Source: Mytilus trossulus
Taxonomy: Eukaryota
Direction of reading: 5' to 3'
Length of the DNA stretch: 64,000 bases
NCBI RefSeq assembly: GCF_036588685.1
Contig: NC_086373.1
Location: 27,590,001-27,654,000 of the forward strand
A program made the translations under genes and the position numbers. The notes beneath the pieces are model-generated. The model saw only the letters and a list, made by a program, of their open reading frames with translations, had not been told where the DNA came from and did no database searches. Below, piece after piece: positions 22,501 to 36,079 of this stretch (its first letter is position 1; every line of letters starts with the position of its first letter).

Positions 22501-25500
22501 ATTAAAGCGAGACCCTCACTGCTAAGTATGGTTTATGATATCGTTATGGCTGAAGACTCATCGGTACTCAGTAACATCTGTCACCTATCGAAACAACATT
22601 AAAGCGAGACCCTCACTGCTAAGTATGGTTTATGATATCGTTATGGCTTAAGATTCATCGGTACTCAGTAACATCTGTCACCTATCGAAACAACATTAAA
22701 ACGTGACCCTCACAGCTAAGTATGGTTTATGATATCGTTATGGTTTAAGACTCATCGGTACTCAGTAACATCTGTCACCTATCGAGACAACATTTAAGCG
22801 AGACCCTCACTGCTAAGTATGGTTTATGATATCGTTATGGCTTAAGACTCATAGTTACTCAGTAACATCTGTCACCTGTCGAGACAACATTAAAACGTGA
22901 CCCTCATAGCTAAGTATGGTTTATGATATCGTTATGGCTTAAGACTCATCGGTACTCAGTAACATTTATCACCTGTCGAGACAACATTAAAACGTGACCC
23001 TCACAGCTAAGTATGGTTTATGATATCGTTATGGCTTAAGACTCATCGGTACTCAGTAACATCTGTCACCTGTCGAGACAACATTAAAACGTGACCCTCA
23101 CAGCTAAGTATGGTTTTAGATATCGTTATAGTTTAAAACTCGTCGGTACTCAGTAACATTTGTCACCTGTCGAGACAACATTAAAACGTGACCCTCATAG
23201 CTAAGTATGGTTTATGATATCGTTATGGTTTAAAACTCATCGGTACTCAGTAACATCTGTCACCTGTCGAGACAACATTAAAACGTGACCCTCACAGCTA
23301 AGTATGGTTTATGATATCGTTATGGCTCAAGACTCCTCGGTACTCAGTAACATCTGTCACCTGTCGAGACAACATTAAAGCGAGACCCTCACTGCTAAGT
23401 ATGGTTTATGATATCGTTATGGCTTAAGACTCATCGGTACTCAGTAACATCTGTCACCTATTGAGACAACATTTAAGCGAGACCCTCACAGCTAAGTATG
23501 GTTTTAGATATCGTTTTAGCGTCAGACTCATCGGTACTCGGTAACATCTGTCACCTGTCGAGACAACATTAAAGCGAGACCCTCACTGCTAAGTATGGTT
23601 TATGATATCGTTATGGCTTAAGACTCATCGGTACTCAGTAACATCTGTCACCTGTCGAGACAACATTTATGCGAGACCCTCACTGATAAGTATGGTTTAT
23701 GATATCATTATGGCTTAAGATTCATCGGTACTCAGTAACATCTGTCACCTATCGAGACAACATTTAAGCGAGACCCTCACTGCTAAGTATGGTTTATGAT
23801 ATCGTTATGGCTTAAGACTCCTCGGTACTCAATAACATCTGTCACCTATCGAAACAACATTAAAGCGAGACCCTCACTGCTAAGTATGGTTTATGATATC
23901 GTTATGGCTGAAGACTCATCGGTACTCAGTAACATCTGTCACCTATCGAAACAACATTAAAGCGAGACCCTCACTGCTAAGTATGGTTTATGATATCGTT
24001 ATGGCTTAAGATTCATCGGTACTCAGTAACATCTGTCACCTATCGAAACAACATTAAAACGTGACCCTCACAGCTAAGTATGGTTTATGATATCGTTATG
24101 GTTTAAGACTCATCGGTACTCAGTAACATCTGTCACCTATCGAGACAACATTTAAGCGAGACCCTCACTGCTAAGTATGGTTTATGATATCGTTATGGCT
24201 TAAGACTCATAGTTACTCAGTAACATCTGTCACCTGTCGAGACAACATTAAAACGTGACCCTCATAGCTAAGTATGGTTTATGATATCGTTATGGCTTAA
24301 GACTCATCGGTACTCAGTAACATTTATCACCTGTCGAGACAACATTAAAACGTGACCCTCACAGCTAAGTATGGTTTATGATATCGTTATGGCTTAAGAC
24401 TCATCGGTACTCAGTAACATCTGTCACCTGTCGAGACAACATTAAAACGTGACCCTCATAGCTAAGTATGGTTTATGATATCGTTATGGCTTAAGATTCA
24501 TCGGTACTCAGTAACATTTGTCACCAGTCGAGACAACATTAAAACGTGACCCTCACAGCTAAGTATGGTTTTAGATATCGTTATAGTTTAAAACTCGTCG
24601 GTACTCAGTAACATTTGTCACCTGTCGAGACAACATTAAAACGTGACCCTCATAGCTAAGTATGGTTTATGATATCGTTATGGTTTAAAACTCATCGGTA
24701 CTCAGTAACATCTGTCACCTGTCGAGACAACATTAAAACGTGACCCTCACAGCTAAGTATGGTTTTTGATATCGTTATGGCTCAAGACTCCTCGGTACTC
24801 AGTAACATCTGTCACCTGTCGAGACAACATTAAAGCGAGACCCTCACTGCTAAGTATGGTTTATGATATCGTTATGGCTTAAGACTCATCGGTACTCAGT
24901 AACATCTGTCACCTATTGAGACAACATTTAAGCGAGACCCTCACAGCTAAGTATGGTTTTAGATATCGTTTTAGCTTCAGACTCATCGGTACTCGGTAAC
25001 ATCTGTCACCTGTCGAGACAACATTAAAGCGAGACCCTCACTGCTAAGTATGGTTTATGATATCGTTATGGCTTAAGACTCATCGGTACTCAGTAACATC
25101 TGTCACCTGTCGAGACAACATTTATGCGAGACCCTCACTGATAAGTATGGTTTATGATATCGTTATGGCTTAAGATTCATCGGTACTCAGTAACATCTGT
25201 CACCTGTCGAGACAACATTTATGCGAGACCCTCACTGCTAAGTATGGTTTATGATATCGTTATGGCTTAAGACCCATCGGTGCCCAGTAACATCTGTCAC
25301 CTATCGAGACAACATTTAAGCGAGACCCTCACTGCTAAGTATGGTTTATGATATCGTTATGGCTGAAGACTCATCGGTACTCAGTAACATCTGTCACCTA
25401 TCGAAACAACATTAAAGCGAGACCCTCACTGCTAAGTATGGTTTATGATATCGTTATGGCTTAAGATTCATCGGTACTCAGTAACATCTGTCACCTGTCG

Positions 25501-27570
25501 AGACAACATTTATGCGAGACCCTCACTGCTAAGTATGGTTTATGATATCGTTATGGCTTAAGACCCATCGGTACTCAGTAACATCTGTCACCTGTCGAGA
25601 CAACATTTATGCGAGACCCTCACTGCTAAGTATGGTTTATGATATCGTTATGGCTTAAGACTCATCGGTGCCCAGTAACATCTGTCACCTGTCGAGACAA
25701 CATTAAAACGTGACCCTCATAGCTAAGTATGGTTTATGATATCGTTATGGCTTAAGACTCATCGGTGCCCAGTAACATCTGTCACCTGTCGAGACAACAT
25801 TAAAACGTGACCCTCACTGCTAAGTATGGTTTATGATATCGTTATGGTTTAAGACTCATCGGTACTCAGTAACATCTGTCACCTATCGAGACAACATTTA
25901 AGCGAGACCCTCACTGCTAAGTATGGTTTATGATATCGTTATGGTTTAAGACTCATCGGTACTCAGTAACATCTGTCACCTGTCGAGACAACATTAAAAC
26001 GTGACCCTCATAGCTAAGTATGGTTTATGATATCGTTATGGCTTAAGACTCATCGGTACTCAGTAACATTTATCACCTGTCGAGACAACATTAAAACGTG
26101 ACCCTCACAGCTAAGTATGGTTTTAGATATCGTTATGGCTTAAGACTCATCGGTACTCAGTAACATCTGTCACCTGTCGAGACAACATTTATGCGAGACC
26201 CTCACTGCTAAGTATGGTTAATGATATCGTTATGGCTTAAGACTCATCGGTACTCAGTAACATCTGTCACCTGTCGAGACAACATTTATGCGAGACCCTC
26301 ACTGCTAAGTATGGTTTATGATATCGTTATGGCTTAAGACTCATCGGTACTCAGTAACATCTGTCACCAGTCGAGACAACATTAAAACGTGACCATCATA
26401 GCTAAGTATGGTTTTAGATATCGTTATGGCTTAAGACTCCTCGGTACTCAGTAACATCTGTCACCTGTCGAGACAACATTAAAGCGAGACCCTCACTGCT
26501 AAGTATGGTTTTAGATATCGTTATGGCTTAAGACTCCTCGGTACTCAGTAACATATGTCACCTGTCGAGACAACATTAAAGCGAGACCCTCACTGCTAAG
26601 TATGGTTTATGATATCGTTATGGCTTAAGACTCATCGGTGCCCAGTAACATCTGTCACCTATCGAGACAACATTTAAGCGAGACCCTCACTGCTAAGTAT
26701 GGTTTATGATATCGTTATGGTTTAAGACTCATCGGTGCCCAGTAACATCTGTCACCTATCGAGACAACATTTAAGCGAGACCCTCACTGCTAAGTATGGT
26801 TTATGATATCGTTATGGCTTAAGACTCCTCGGTACTCAGTAACATCTGTCACCTGTCGAGACAACATAAAAGCGAGACCCTCACTGCTAAGTATGGTTTT
26901 AGATATCGTTATGGCTTAAGACTCCTCGGTACTCAGTAACATATGTCACCTGTCGAGACAACATTAAAGCGAGACCCTCACTGCTAAGTATGGTTTATGA
27001 TATCGTTATGGTTTAAGACTCATCGGTGCCCAGTAACATCTGTCACCTATCGAGACAACATTAAAGCGAGACCCTCACTGCTAAGTATGGTTTATGATAT
27101 CGTTATGGCTTAAGACTCCTCGGTACTCAGTAACATATGTCACCTGTCGAGACAACATTAAAGCGAGACCCTCACTGCTAAGTATGGTTTATGATATCGT
27201 TATGGCTTAAGACTCATCGGTGCCCAGTAACATCTGTCACCTGTCGAGACAACATTAAAGCGAGACCCTCACTGCTAAGTATGGTTTATGATATCGTTAT
27301 GGTTTAAGACTCATCGGTGCCCAGTAACATCGGTCACCTATCGAGACAACATTTAAGCGAGACCCTCACTGCTAAGTATGGTTTATGATATCGTTATGGT
27401 TTAAGACTCATCGGTGCCCAGTAACATCTGTCACCTATCGAGACAACATTTAAGCGAGACCCTCACTGCTAAGTATGGTTTATGATATCGTTATGGTTTA
27501 AGACTCATCGGTACTCAATAACAGCCGTCACCTGTCGAGACAACATGAAAACGAGACCCTGACAGTTTTG
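19565..27570. repeat. 97-bp satellite array, about 82 copies, with higher-order structure
   Basis: Unit AAGTATGGTTTATGATATCGTTATGGCTTAAGACTCATCGGTACTCAGTAACATCTGTCACCTGTCGAGACAACATTAAAGCGAGACCCTCACTGCT; period measured as 20581 to 20678. Confidence 0.97.
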
Positions 27571-29874
27571 AATGGTTTCAGACATCTATATCAATCAATT
27601 ACAAAAAAAACGTGTTGTGTCACAATAGCGTTCAGTGGGAAATTCTATAAATATAAATTTCTAGTATTATGCGATTGTGCATCAGGGACGAGGGTCGACC
27701 ATCTGATGTTGTTTTGTGTTTTTTGTTGGGCCCTGTAAAATAGGGCAGTAAAATTTGTTTCAAGTTTTAACAGACAGGATATTCGTAACTCGGTTTAATT
27801 CACTTCTAATAATCCAACTGTCTTCTCAGAATGTAAAATGGTCGTCTCTTTTCTTACAGAGATACATTTTAGGAGCTAATATGATAGAATCTAATATACT
27901 TTATATAAATAAAACAAAAATAATACAGTATAATAAACGCAATACGTCAAAAATAAACTAACAACAAAGTTAAACATGTAAAATCGAGATAAGTAATATA
28001 AGATGGTATAATCCCGAGGAAACAGTTCAAATACGTGCTACTAGTATTTGATGTAAGAACATGATTTTTTTTTATATTAACTGCAAGGTTATTAAAATGT
28101 GTCACGACATGGATAGCTACAAATTGTGTCCTAGAATCACGTTTTAGGTTCGTTTTCTTCAGGCATCAAGATAACTGTGTGAGGAGTAATGAAACAAAAC
28201 ATGAAAAATGAACAATTTTGACAACTTGTGCTAAATGGACATCCAAATTGATGATATATACAACTGTAAGTCTAGAAATATTTGAGATGTATTTATTTTA
28301 GCGAAAAATACAACTGGTCGGTTTTGAAGAGGTGAAAACACGCTTTGTAGATATTGATATATTTATCTGTATGCTCCATTTCCCAAAATTGAAGGAATTG
28401 ATTTCACGTTTTAATGCCTTTTGTCCAAGCAATATTTAAATCGTAATGAAAAATGCTCGCATATATTTCTGAATTGACAGTTATTGCAAGACGCAATGTT
28501 CCAAAAGAATTTAGATGAGGTAACGCAAGAACATTTCAATCAACGTGTGGTTTAACAAAAAATGTTCAATCTTATCAAAACCAGTATGAACACTGAGTTA
28601 TGGAAATTTATAGTACGGCCTTTAACAATTAGAAAAACCGATGCATTATAATCAGGTACACAAGGCCCCAACAAGACAAATCAAAGTACTGAAGTACTGA
28701 CATCGAATGACCGCAAGTTCTTGTAAAAATCACATGTTTATGTCACATGAAAGCTTGGCTAAGGTGTATAGACGGGATTTTTTTCGAGAAAGATTCCTTT
28801 GTGGATGATGAATTAATGACTAGCATTTCCATCTCACCGTAATATCTATTATGTTGTAGTTATATATTCACTTGTTATCTATATACTCTAGTTTGTTGTT
28901 ATATAATATATTAATATATGTTTAACAGTTATATATAATTTCCATCCATTTGTATATCATTCGATTCTTCTATTCTAAGGTAATTGCAATGCAAATGCAT
29001 GGTGGACACTCTTCTGTAATATTTCGTTTTTCTAATAGATTGAATTTAAAAATCTTTTTCAAAAATATTTATTGAATGTTATTTTGCACTCGATAATATC
29101 CGAGTAATAATATGAAATACGTTCGGTTATCAGTCTAAAACGAAAGTCACGTGGGTAAAGATGTCTGACGCGTGCAACAAAACACCGGAATGCTCTCACG
29201 GTCATTCGCTGTTAAAAATATGAACCAGTTCCACCAACAACAAAAAAATCTGCTCGGTTTATAACAAATACAATTAAAGACACACAAAAATGTCAGACAT
29301 TTTTATTAGTTTCTTCTGTCCATCGGACTTGAACATTTTGTTATCTGAGTTTTACTGTGTGTTTTGCAGAGTGATTGTTTATTTCACATTGACTTTATAT
29401 ATGTAAGAGGGCTGAGAACTCACAAAACATGTTAAACCCCGCTGCGTTGTTTTGTCTGTCCAAAGTTAGGATCCACTAGTCTTTATTAGTCTTGTTTATT
29501 TTTTTATATTTTTTTTTTATTTCTATCTCTTGGAGTTAAGTGCAGCTTCCATTTCTATGATAAGCATATGTTATTGTTTTAAGTGGAAGCTGAATACAGC
29601 ATTCGTGGTGTCATTGAAGACCCATTGGTGGTCTTGTGCTGTTTTCCCGCTCTTTGGTTGATTTGTTATCTCTTTGAAACCTTACCCGATTCCATCCTTC
29701 AATCTATCAAACAACGACTACCATTGCATTATGGGCTCCTAACATAGGATAAGCATATAGAATGTAGCAATGTTTAACATGTCTGAAAGCACTAACCTTT
29801 CTACAAACCTGGTACACATTTATAACAGCAAAACCCAAGAAATGAGAAAAAAAAAGAATTGTAAAAGATAAAAG

Positions 29875-30575
29875 AGAGGATGTGGTATGACTGCCAATTA
29901 TAAAAAAGGAGATGTGGTAAGATTGCCAATGAGACAACTGTCCACAAGAGACCAAAGTGACACAGACATTTACAACTATAGGTCACCGTACGGTCTTCAA
30001 CAATGAGCAAAGCCCATATCTCATAGTCATCTATAAAAGGCTCCGATAAGACAATGTAAAACAAGTCAAACGAGAAAACTAACGGCCTTATTTATATAAA
30101 TAAATGAACGAAAAACAAATATGTAACACATAAACAAACGACAACCACTGAATTATAGGCTCCTGACTTGGGACAGGCACATACATAAATAATGTGGCGG
30201 GGTTAAGCATGTTAGCTGGATCCCAACCCTCCCCTAACCTGGGAAATTGGTATAACAGTACAACATATCAACGAACTATAAAAACCAGTTGAAAAAGGCT
30301 TAACTCATCAGATGGACAAAAAAACAAGTGGACGTGTCCGGGTACTTATACATCCCGGCACAAAAAACACAATGAACAGATCTGAGATGACCCGCAGTTA
30401 TCTGACAGCTAATTCAAAGCCACCAACAACTAATAAAAAAGCATGCATCTTAGACTAAACTATCAACCGTACACATGCCTCCAACATCCAATGGATTTAG
30501 TGCAAAGACGTCATAACGTGAACAGCCAGAGAAAAACATGAACTTGTGTAATGCCAAGTTACAGGTATCGACAGA
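29875..30575. mobile_element. Long copy of the GATGTGGTATGATTGCC dispersed repeat family
   Basis: Matches 935-1070, 1935-2893 and inverted 54490-54710. Confidence 0.75.
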
Positions 30576-31936
30576 TTGTAGATCCATGAATAAGTATATG
30601 TATATAACATACCAGTAATATTAAGTAAGCTTTTAATTTACTGATAACAAAATCAATATTTATCCCCAAAAAAACCAATATTCAATGATCTTATTACACT
30701 GTTGAATAGATAACTTTTTATAATAAGTTTATTTAAAGGAGCGACAAGTTTACATGGATCCTTTCTAAACTTCCGGCCACGGTTAACAACATTTCCGTAA
30801 AAGTGAGGTACAACCAAACTTCAAAACCAAATCTTTATATCTATGGAAAAATTTAGTTAAGTTTTTAAGTAATTTATGGTAACGATATCCCTGGTTTCAT
30901 AATTTATCAGTAATACATAGATTGCGTTCGTTAAAATAAAAAAACGTCACAACAGACACGAATTATAGTTACTTCTCCACAAGAGAACAAAATGACACAG
31001 AAATGAATATCTTTTATAGGTCAATGTACGGCCGTTATAAATGAGTTAAGCCTAGTCACATACATGTAGTCAAAAAATATAAATGCACCTATAAAGTCTT
31101 GACTCGGCAGAGTGCCTAAAAACTACTAAAATAAAGACAATAGACACACAGTGACTAGAAAAGATTTCTTGCAGTTACTGGAAGCTATTTCAAAGCGAGT
31201 AACAACTTATTAATAAATCATGTTCTTCCAGACTAATTATGAGTAATTATTCCAGTATTGATGCATGACCGAAATATCAGATAAATTAAATAATGATTTT
31301 CTATGAAACCATTGTAGCATTATAAAACTGTTATTATCCATCAATAACTATGCGACATAATACAAAAGCGATGGAAGAAGTATCAGATAAATCATGAAAA
31401 TAGTACAGAACCTATGACACATTATAAAAATCGTAATATTGTTTTCCTGTTTTATTGGGACTTCCAAAGACTTTTTTAACTGCTTTAACCAAAAAGCCAA
31501 TAAGCTAAAATATGAACATCATATTATGTATAAAGAAATTCATGCGTAACTTAACTTAAAAAAAGTCTATCTTGTGTGAAAAAAGGAGGTGAAAAAAACA
31601 TGGAAGCAATCAAAGACCATTAGTCAAAGAAGCAGTTATCACCATGGCAAAATAAAAAAATAAAAAAACACGACTAGATATAGTCCAGTAAACAGAAAAT
31701 GAAAGATTCGACCCACATTAATGCAACAGGCACTTGTCTCAGAAAAAATTTCCTATATACCTTATTATAACACAAGGTACTTAACTTGCATTTTAGAAAA
31801 ATGTAAGGCGGTGACGAAATTCCGTTCTATGACGCTTTGTAGGCTGTCAACCCCACTAAAACTTCTCCGGCAGCCTCAAAATCAGAACGAGATAAAAAAT
31901 AAATAAATAAGAAAACAAAAACAAGAACACTTCAGC

Positions 31937-32520
31937 ATAAAATTGAGAAAGGAAATGGTGAATATGTCAAAGCGACAACCACCCGACCACAGAGCAGACA
32001 ACAGCCGAAGGCAACCAATGGGTCTTCAATGTAGCGAGAATTCCCGCACCCGAAGGTGTCCTTCAGCTGGCCCCTAACAATATGCATAACAGTACAGTGA
32101 TAATGAACGTCATACTAAACTCCGAATTATACACAAGAAACTAAAATTTAAAATCATACAAGACTAACAAAGGCCAGAGGCTCCTGACTTGGGACAGGCG
32201 CAAAATTGCGGCGGGGTTAAACATGTTTATGAGATCTCAACACTCCCCTTTACCTCTAGCCAATGTAGAAAAGTAAAAGAATAACAATACGCACATTAAA
32301 ATTCAGTTCAAGAGAAGTCTGAATCCGATGTCAAAAGATGTAACAAAAGAAAATAAATAAAATGACAATAATACATAAATAACAACAGACTATTAGCAGT
32401 TAACTGACATGCCAGCTCCAGACCTCAATTAAACTGATTGAAAGATTATGTCTTCATCATATGAATATCAGGTACAATCCTCCCGTTAGGGGTTTAGTAT
32501 CATACTATCATAAAATATAT
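31937..32520. mobile_element. Dispersed repeat (TAAAATTGAGAAAGGAAATGG family)
   Basis: Inverted copies at 32965-33172 and, degenerate, 29340-29705; shares the GGCTCCTGACTTGGGACAGGC..GCGGGGTTAA core with the 29875 family. Confidence 0.75.
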
Positions 32521-32700
32521 GAGCATAAATCCTTTAAGGTATATTTTTCAGAGTAAGCTACACGATTATTAGGACAGAACGTAACGCATCAGAAATAAAT
32601 ATCACGGTTTAAGATAAAATGATTACCTTAAACAGCTTTCTACGGAAAAAGAATTTTAGAGTTATCTTTCTTGCTCTCCAGCTATTTTTAGCTATAGTTT

Positions 32701-32773
32701 TAGACTGGGGTTCTGGCTAATCTTGTCAGTATACCTTGCGACGCGCAGCTAGATTGGGCCGGATGCCCGGCTA
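32701..32773. mobile_element. 73-bp MITE with TAG...CTA termini and a 10-bp TSD (AcademH-like)
   Basis: GCTATAGTTT on both sides; imperfect TIR TAGACTGGGGTTCTGGCTAATCT vs TAGCCGGGCATCCGGCCCAATCT. Confidence 0.7.
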
Positions 32774-32964
32774 GCTATAGTTTCTGTTTGTTTTTAAACA
32801 CCTTTCTAAAATATTCGTTGATAAATTTAATTAAGAAAAGGCTTCAATTCCAACAGGCTGAATTTAGCTTGAGGCAAATTTGGACATTTTGGGTAAAATA
32901 CAGCAGTAGTGTTAATCTATTGTACACTATGAATTGCCCCAGGATACTCTGGCATATTTGTTAG

Positions 32965-33172
32965 TCATGCATGGTTTTTAATTTTAGTTTCTTGTGTATA
33001 ATTCGTAGTTTAGTATGACTTCCATTATCACTTAACTAGTATAAATTTAAGAATGCCTCCGGGTGCGAGAGTTTTTCGCTGCATTGAAGACCGATTGGTG
33101 GCCTTCGGCTGTATCTGTTCTGTGGTCGGGTTGTTGTCGCTTTGACATATTCTCCATTTTCATTCTCAATAT
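32965..33172. mobile_element. Inverted partial copy of the 31937 family
   Basis: Reverse complement aligns with ~31937-32157. Confidence 0.8.
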
Positions 33173-33461
33173 TATCTTAAAAAAAATATAATACCGTATT
33201 CATCAGCTTTAAAAGGCCTGGACGTAAAAAAAATGTGACAAGATTCAAAAGAGAAAGCAAATGACCTTATTTAAAATGGTTCAATTTTATACATGAAAAC
33301 AAATATTAAAGACATAAACCAACGACAATTTAGGTAGTCTTCTGCCACAATTTATATTTTGTTATAACAAAATGATCATCATAAAGTTTTATAATTTCAA
33401 ATCTTTTACTTTTCGAATTTCATTCATAAATTTTATGATCATTCAGAATAACACAGAGTTA

Positions 33462-35057
33462 CTACACTTCTCTGAAAATTGATATTGTTCGCACTCCATT
33501 TGCGACAAACATTTTTTTTAATTTCTTTTCATAAACTATTGCACGTGGCGATTTAAAGGATTCAAACTCTTCTCGCAATGCTTGTTGGTGACCGTCAGGT
33601 GAAAAATGCCACGTGACTTTGTTTCCTGGGCTTGACCTTGAAACGAGGAAACTGCTGTCTCGTAATACCGCTATTCCTTGGACGTATCCTAAACCTTTTA
33701 CGGTAGTCGTAAATTTAACTTCTCCGGAAACGCTTAAAACATGGATAGTTCCTTTCTTACTTTCGGCGTAGCAAATAGTTTTCCCTAAAAGATGCAATGG
33801 ACCTTCTTTGTTTCCTTTCATTGGTATTTTGTTTACCATTGTTCCTGTTTGGTCTAGAAGTGCAATGCCAAAATTTTCGCAAACGACAGCTATGGTATCT
33901 TCGTAGGACGAAATTCCAGAAACATGATGTTTTATATCAATCTTTTCGGAATACTGAAGCGCTCCATAATCTCGAATTTCTATGCATTGTTGCCCCGGAA
34001 CTGTAAGATAAAATCTGTTGACATCAAGGTATGTCATTGCATATGGTTCATATTCCATGAAAGTTTCTTTGGCTAACTGTCCTTTGGCAGTGTATCCTAG
34101 CAACCGTTTATTTACCTTATCAACAACAAATAATCTTCCATCTGGTAAAATCATGCCACCAGTTACTTCGGGGACCAGGGCATTTGTCGAAAATGTAGGT
34201 TTAATATCTATATCTCTTTCGAAAACGAATTTAAATTTATCCATATTGTATTCTTTTACCGATTCCTCAACTTTGATAAGCATGCTTTCAGTTTGTTTAT
34301 CGTCCTTCGAAAGTGATTGCAAATCTGGAGGGTTTGTTGGGTAACTTTCTACCATTTTAACATTTGCTATTGTCGGAACATCAACCACTTTTCTGACTGT
34401 TTCGTCCATTTTTAACTGCAGATTAATATTTTTAAGCGAACCGACATCCCCTTTAAGAAACTCTTCTTCCTTTCTTTGAACAACGTTTGCTTCTTTCAAA
34501 AACAAAATTGTATGGTTTTCAGTTGAATCTTCGTTTATATGTATAAGATCATTATATAGGGATGCTAAAGTTCCGTCCCTTTGATTGTACTCAAATATCT
34601 GGTCTTCAAGTTTGTGTTTATGTCGATCTAAAGCTAAATCTATCTCTTTCTCTAACCGATATTCTAATCTTTCAAGATGTTGATAAATTCTTTCCTTGAA
34701 CGTCTTAACATCAGCTTTGAGAACATCTTTCTGATTTTCAAGCGCATCAATGTTGTGATTTCTGTCTTTAACAAGGCGTTTGAAGATATTTCTAGTTTCT
34801 TCAACACGTTGTCTTAACGATTTTAACTCGGACTTAGAATTTGTACTTTTGATGGCCTCCTCGAGTGGCTCAACGCCTTTGCATTTGGCATGATCTAACT
34901 TGAAACACACCATGCAAATTGATGTTTCGTGTGTAGAACACCAAGATACGACTTTATATGTAGGATGAGTTGGACAAAACTCCGACCCGTATATAGATGC
35001 TGCAGTGTGGTTCATTTCATCCGAAACAGCAAACTGCACACGTTTCACTGTGGACAT
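33462..35057 (-). CDS. RING-less TRIM-like protein: B-box type 2, coiled coil, NHL-like beta-propeller (531 aa, single coding exon)
   Basis: CPTH..WCSTHETSICMVCFKLDHAKC B-box; heptad-rich central region; C-terminal repeats such as LPDGRLFVVDKVNKRL and FKSPRAIVY; candidate splice acceptors just upstream of the ATG. Confidence 0.88.
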   Translation of the reverse strand: MSTVKRVQFAVSDEMNHTAASIYGSEFCPTHPTYKVVSWCSTHETSICMVCFKLDHAKCKGVEPLEEAIKSTNSKSELKSLRQRVEETRNIFKRLVKDRNHNIDALENQKDVLKADVKTFKERIYQHLERLEYRLEKEIDLALDRHKHKLEDQIFEYNQRDGTLASLYNDLIHINEDSTENHTILFLKEANVVQRKEEEFLKGDVGSLKNINLQLKMDETVRKVVDVPTIANVKMVESYPTNPPDLQSLSKDDKQTESMLIKVEESVKEYNMDKFKFVFERDIDIKPTFSTNALVPEVTGGMILPDGRLFVVDKVNKRLLGYTAKGQLAKETFMEYEPYAMTYLDVNRFYLTVPGQQCIEIRDYGALQYSEKIDIKHHVSGISSYEDTIAVVCENFGIALLDQTGTMVNKIPMKGNKEGPLHLLGKTICYAESKKGTIHVLSVSGEVKFTTTVKGLGYVQGIAVLRDSSFLVSRSSPGNKVTWHFSPDGHQQALREEFESFKSPRAIVYEKKLKKMFVANGVRTISIFREV

Positions 35058-35465
35058 CTTAGAAAGTCTGCAATTAATTTTAATACCTGTAAATAGTATT
35101 TACAACATGAACTACATACATGTATTAACAAAATGAACGACGGACGTGATCATTTCTATTTATATTTTATTAGACTATTTTCAACAATGTTCTGCGTGAA
35201 GCTTTAGTAAGGTCTTGTTCAAGACTCAGCTGTTTTTTTCTTAAAAAATACCCATTTATTTCAATACCATAAATAGAAATTTATGAATAGGTCTTTGTAT
35301 TTTTTGATAACTTAAATTAATTTTAAATTGCATGCTTAACATAGGTTTATATTAGAAAAGGGAAGATGTTGTGAAAAGTCATGAAAATACTGAATTAATA
35401 GTATGCGCGTAACATTTACTAGTACAAGAACTTGACGAAAACATACTATTTTAAAATAATCTTAG

Positions 35466-35610
35466 GGACGACATCAAAAGTACAATGTAAGATAAAGTCT
35501 TAATTCACATATTTTTTTCATTGATCCCCAACTCCTCTTACCTTATCCCCGCCCCAAAACTATTTTATTATATTTTTTTTAATCCTGCATCGATCTTTGG
35601 ATGTCGTTTC
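35466..35610. mobile_element. Small TTAA/TTAG-flanked MITE
   Basis: GGACGACATCAAAAG ... CTTTGGATGTCGTTTC imperfect TIR. Confidence 0.5.
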
Positions 35611-36079
35611 TTAAGATATGAAGGTATAAATAAATCAAAACGTGTGTCCTTTTACTTTCCCCGAAAATTCTATACACCCTAGATACACCAACTAGATAAC
35701 TATATATATGCAACAAATTAAAATCAAGGTTTTTTTCTGAAAGTGTCTAGTATACATTATTTTAAATCATATAAGGTTTTCAACATTTTTTTCAAAACTT
35801 ACGTGCTATCTTCAGACCTCTAATTTAAGTTCACATTCTACAGTGCTATTGAATTAATTAATATTTTCTGTTTTCCTTCACTGGTTCTCTTTATTAAACA
35901 AAAGAATCACTTGTTCGTTTTTTACTTAAAACAATGACTTCTCTCAATACTTAAATTACCTTAATTATCACATGGTTTGTTTAATATAATAATAAAGAAA
36001 TCATACATGTATTATATTGATGACATTTAATTTATGTATTCTCAATCTCATTGATCTATGTCGGATGTCTTATTTACGT

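Larger units (their letters stand above)
14875..28610 (+). repeat. Segmental tandem duplication, copy 2 (expanded by insertions and tandem arrays)
   Basis: Colinear with 8680-13600 once LINE fragments, the 64-mer and the 97-mer arrays are removed; ends approximate. Confidence 0.88.

Noticed and set aside
19565-27570. CRISPR array or ribozyme array (minus strand has CCGAUGAGUC)
   Set aside because: There are no unique spacers and the context is eukaryotic. The hammerhead-like box has no stem II-GAAA partner, and the unit derives from unique flank DNA
30295-30320. CUGAUGA on the minus strand of another repeat family as a hammerhead
   Set aside because: No GAAA box follows the possible stem II
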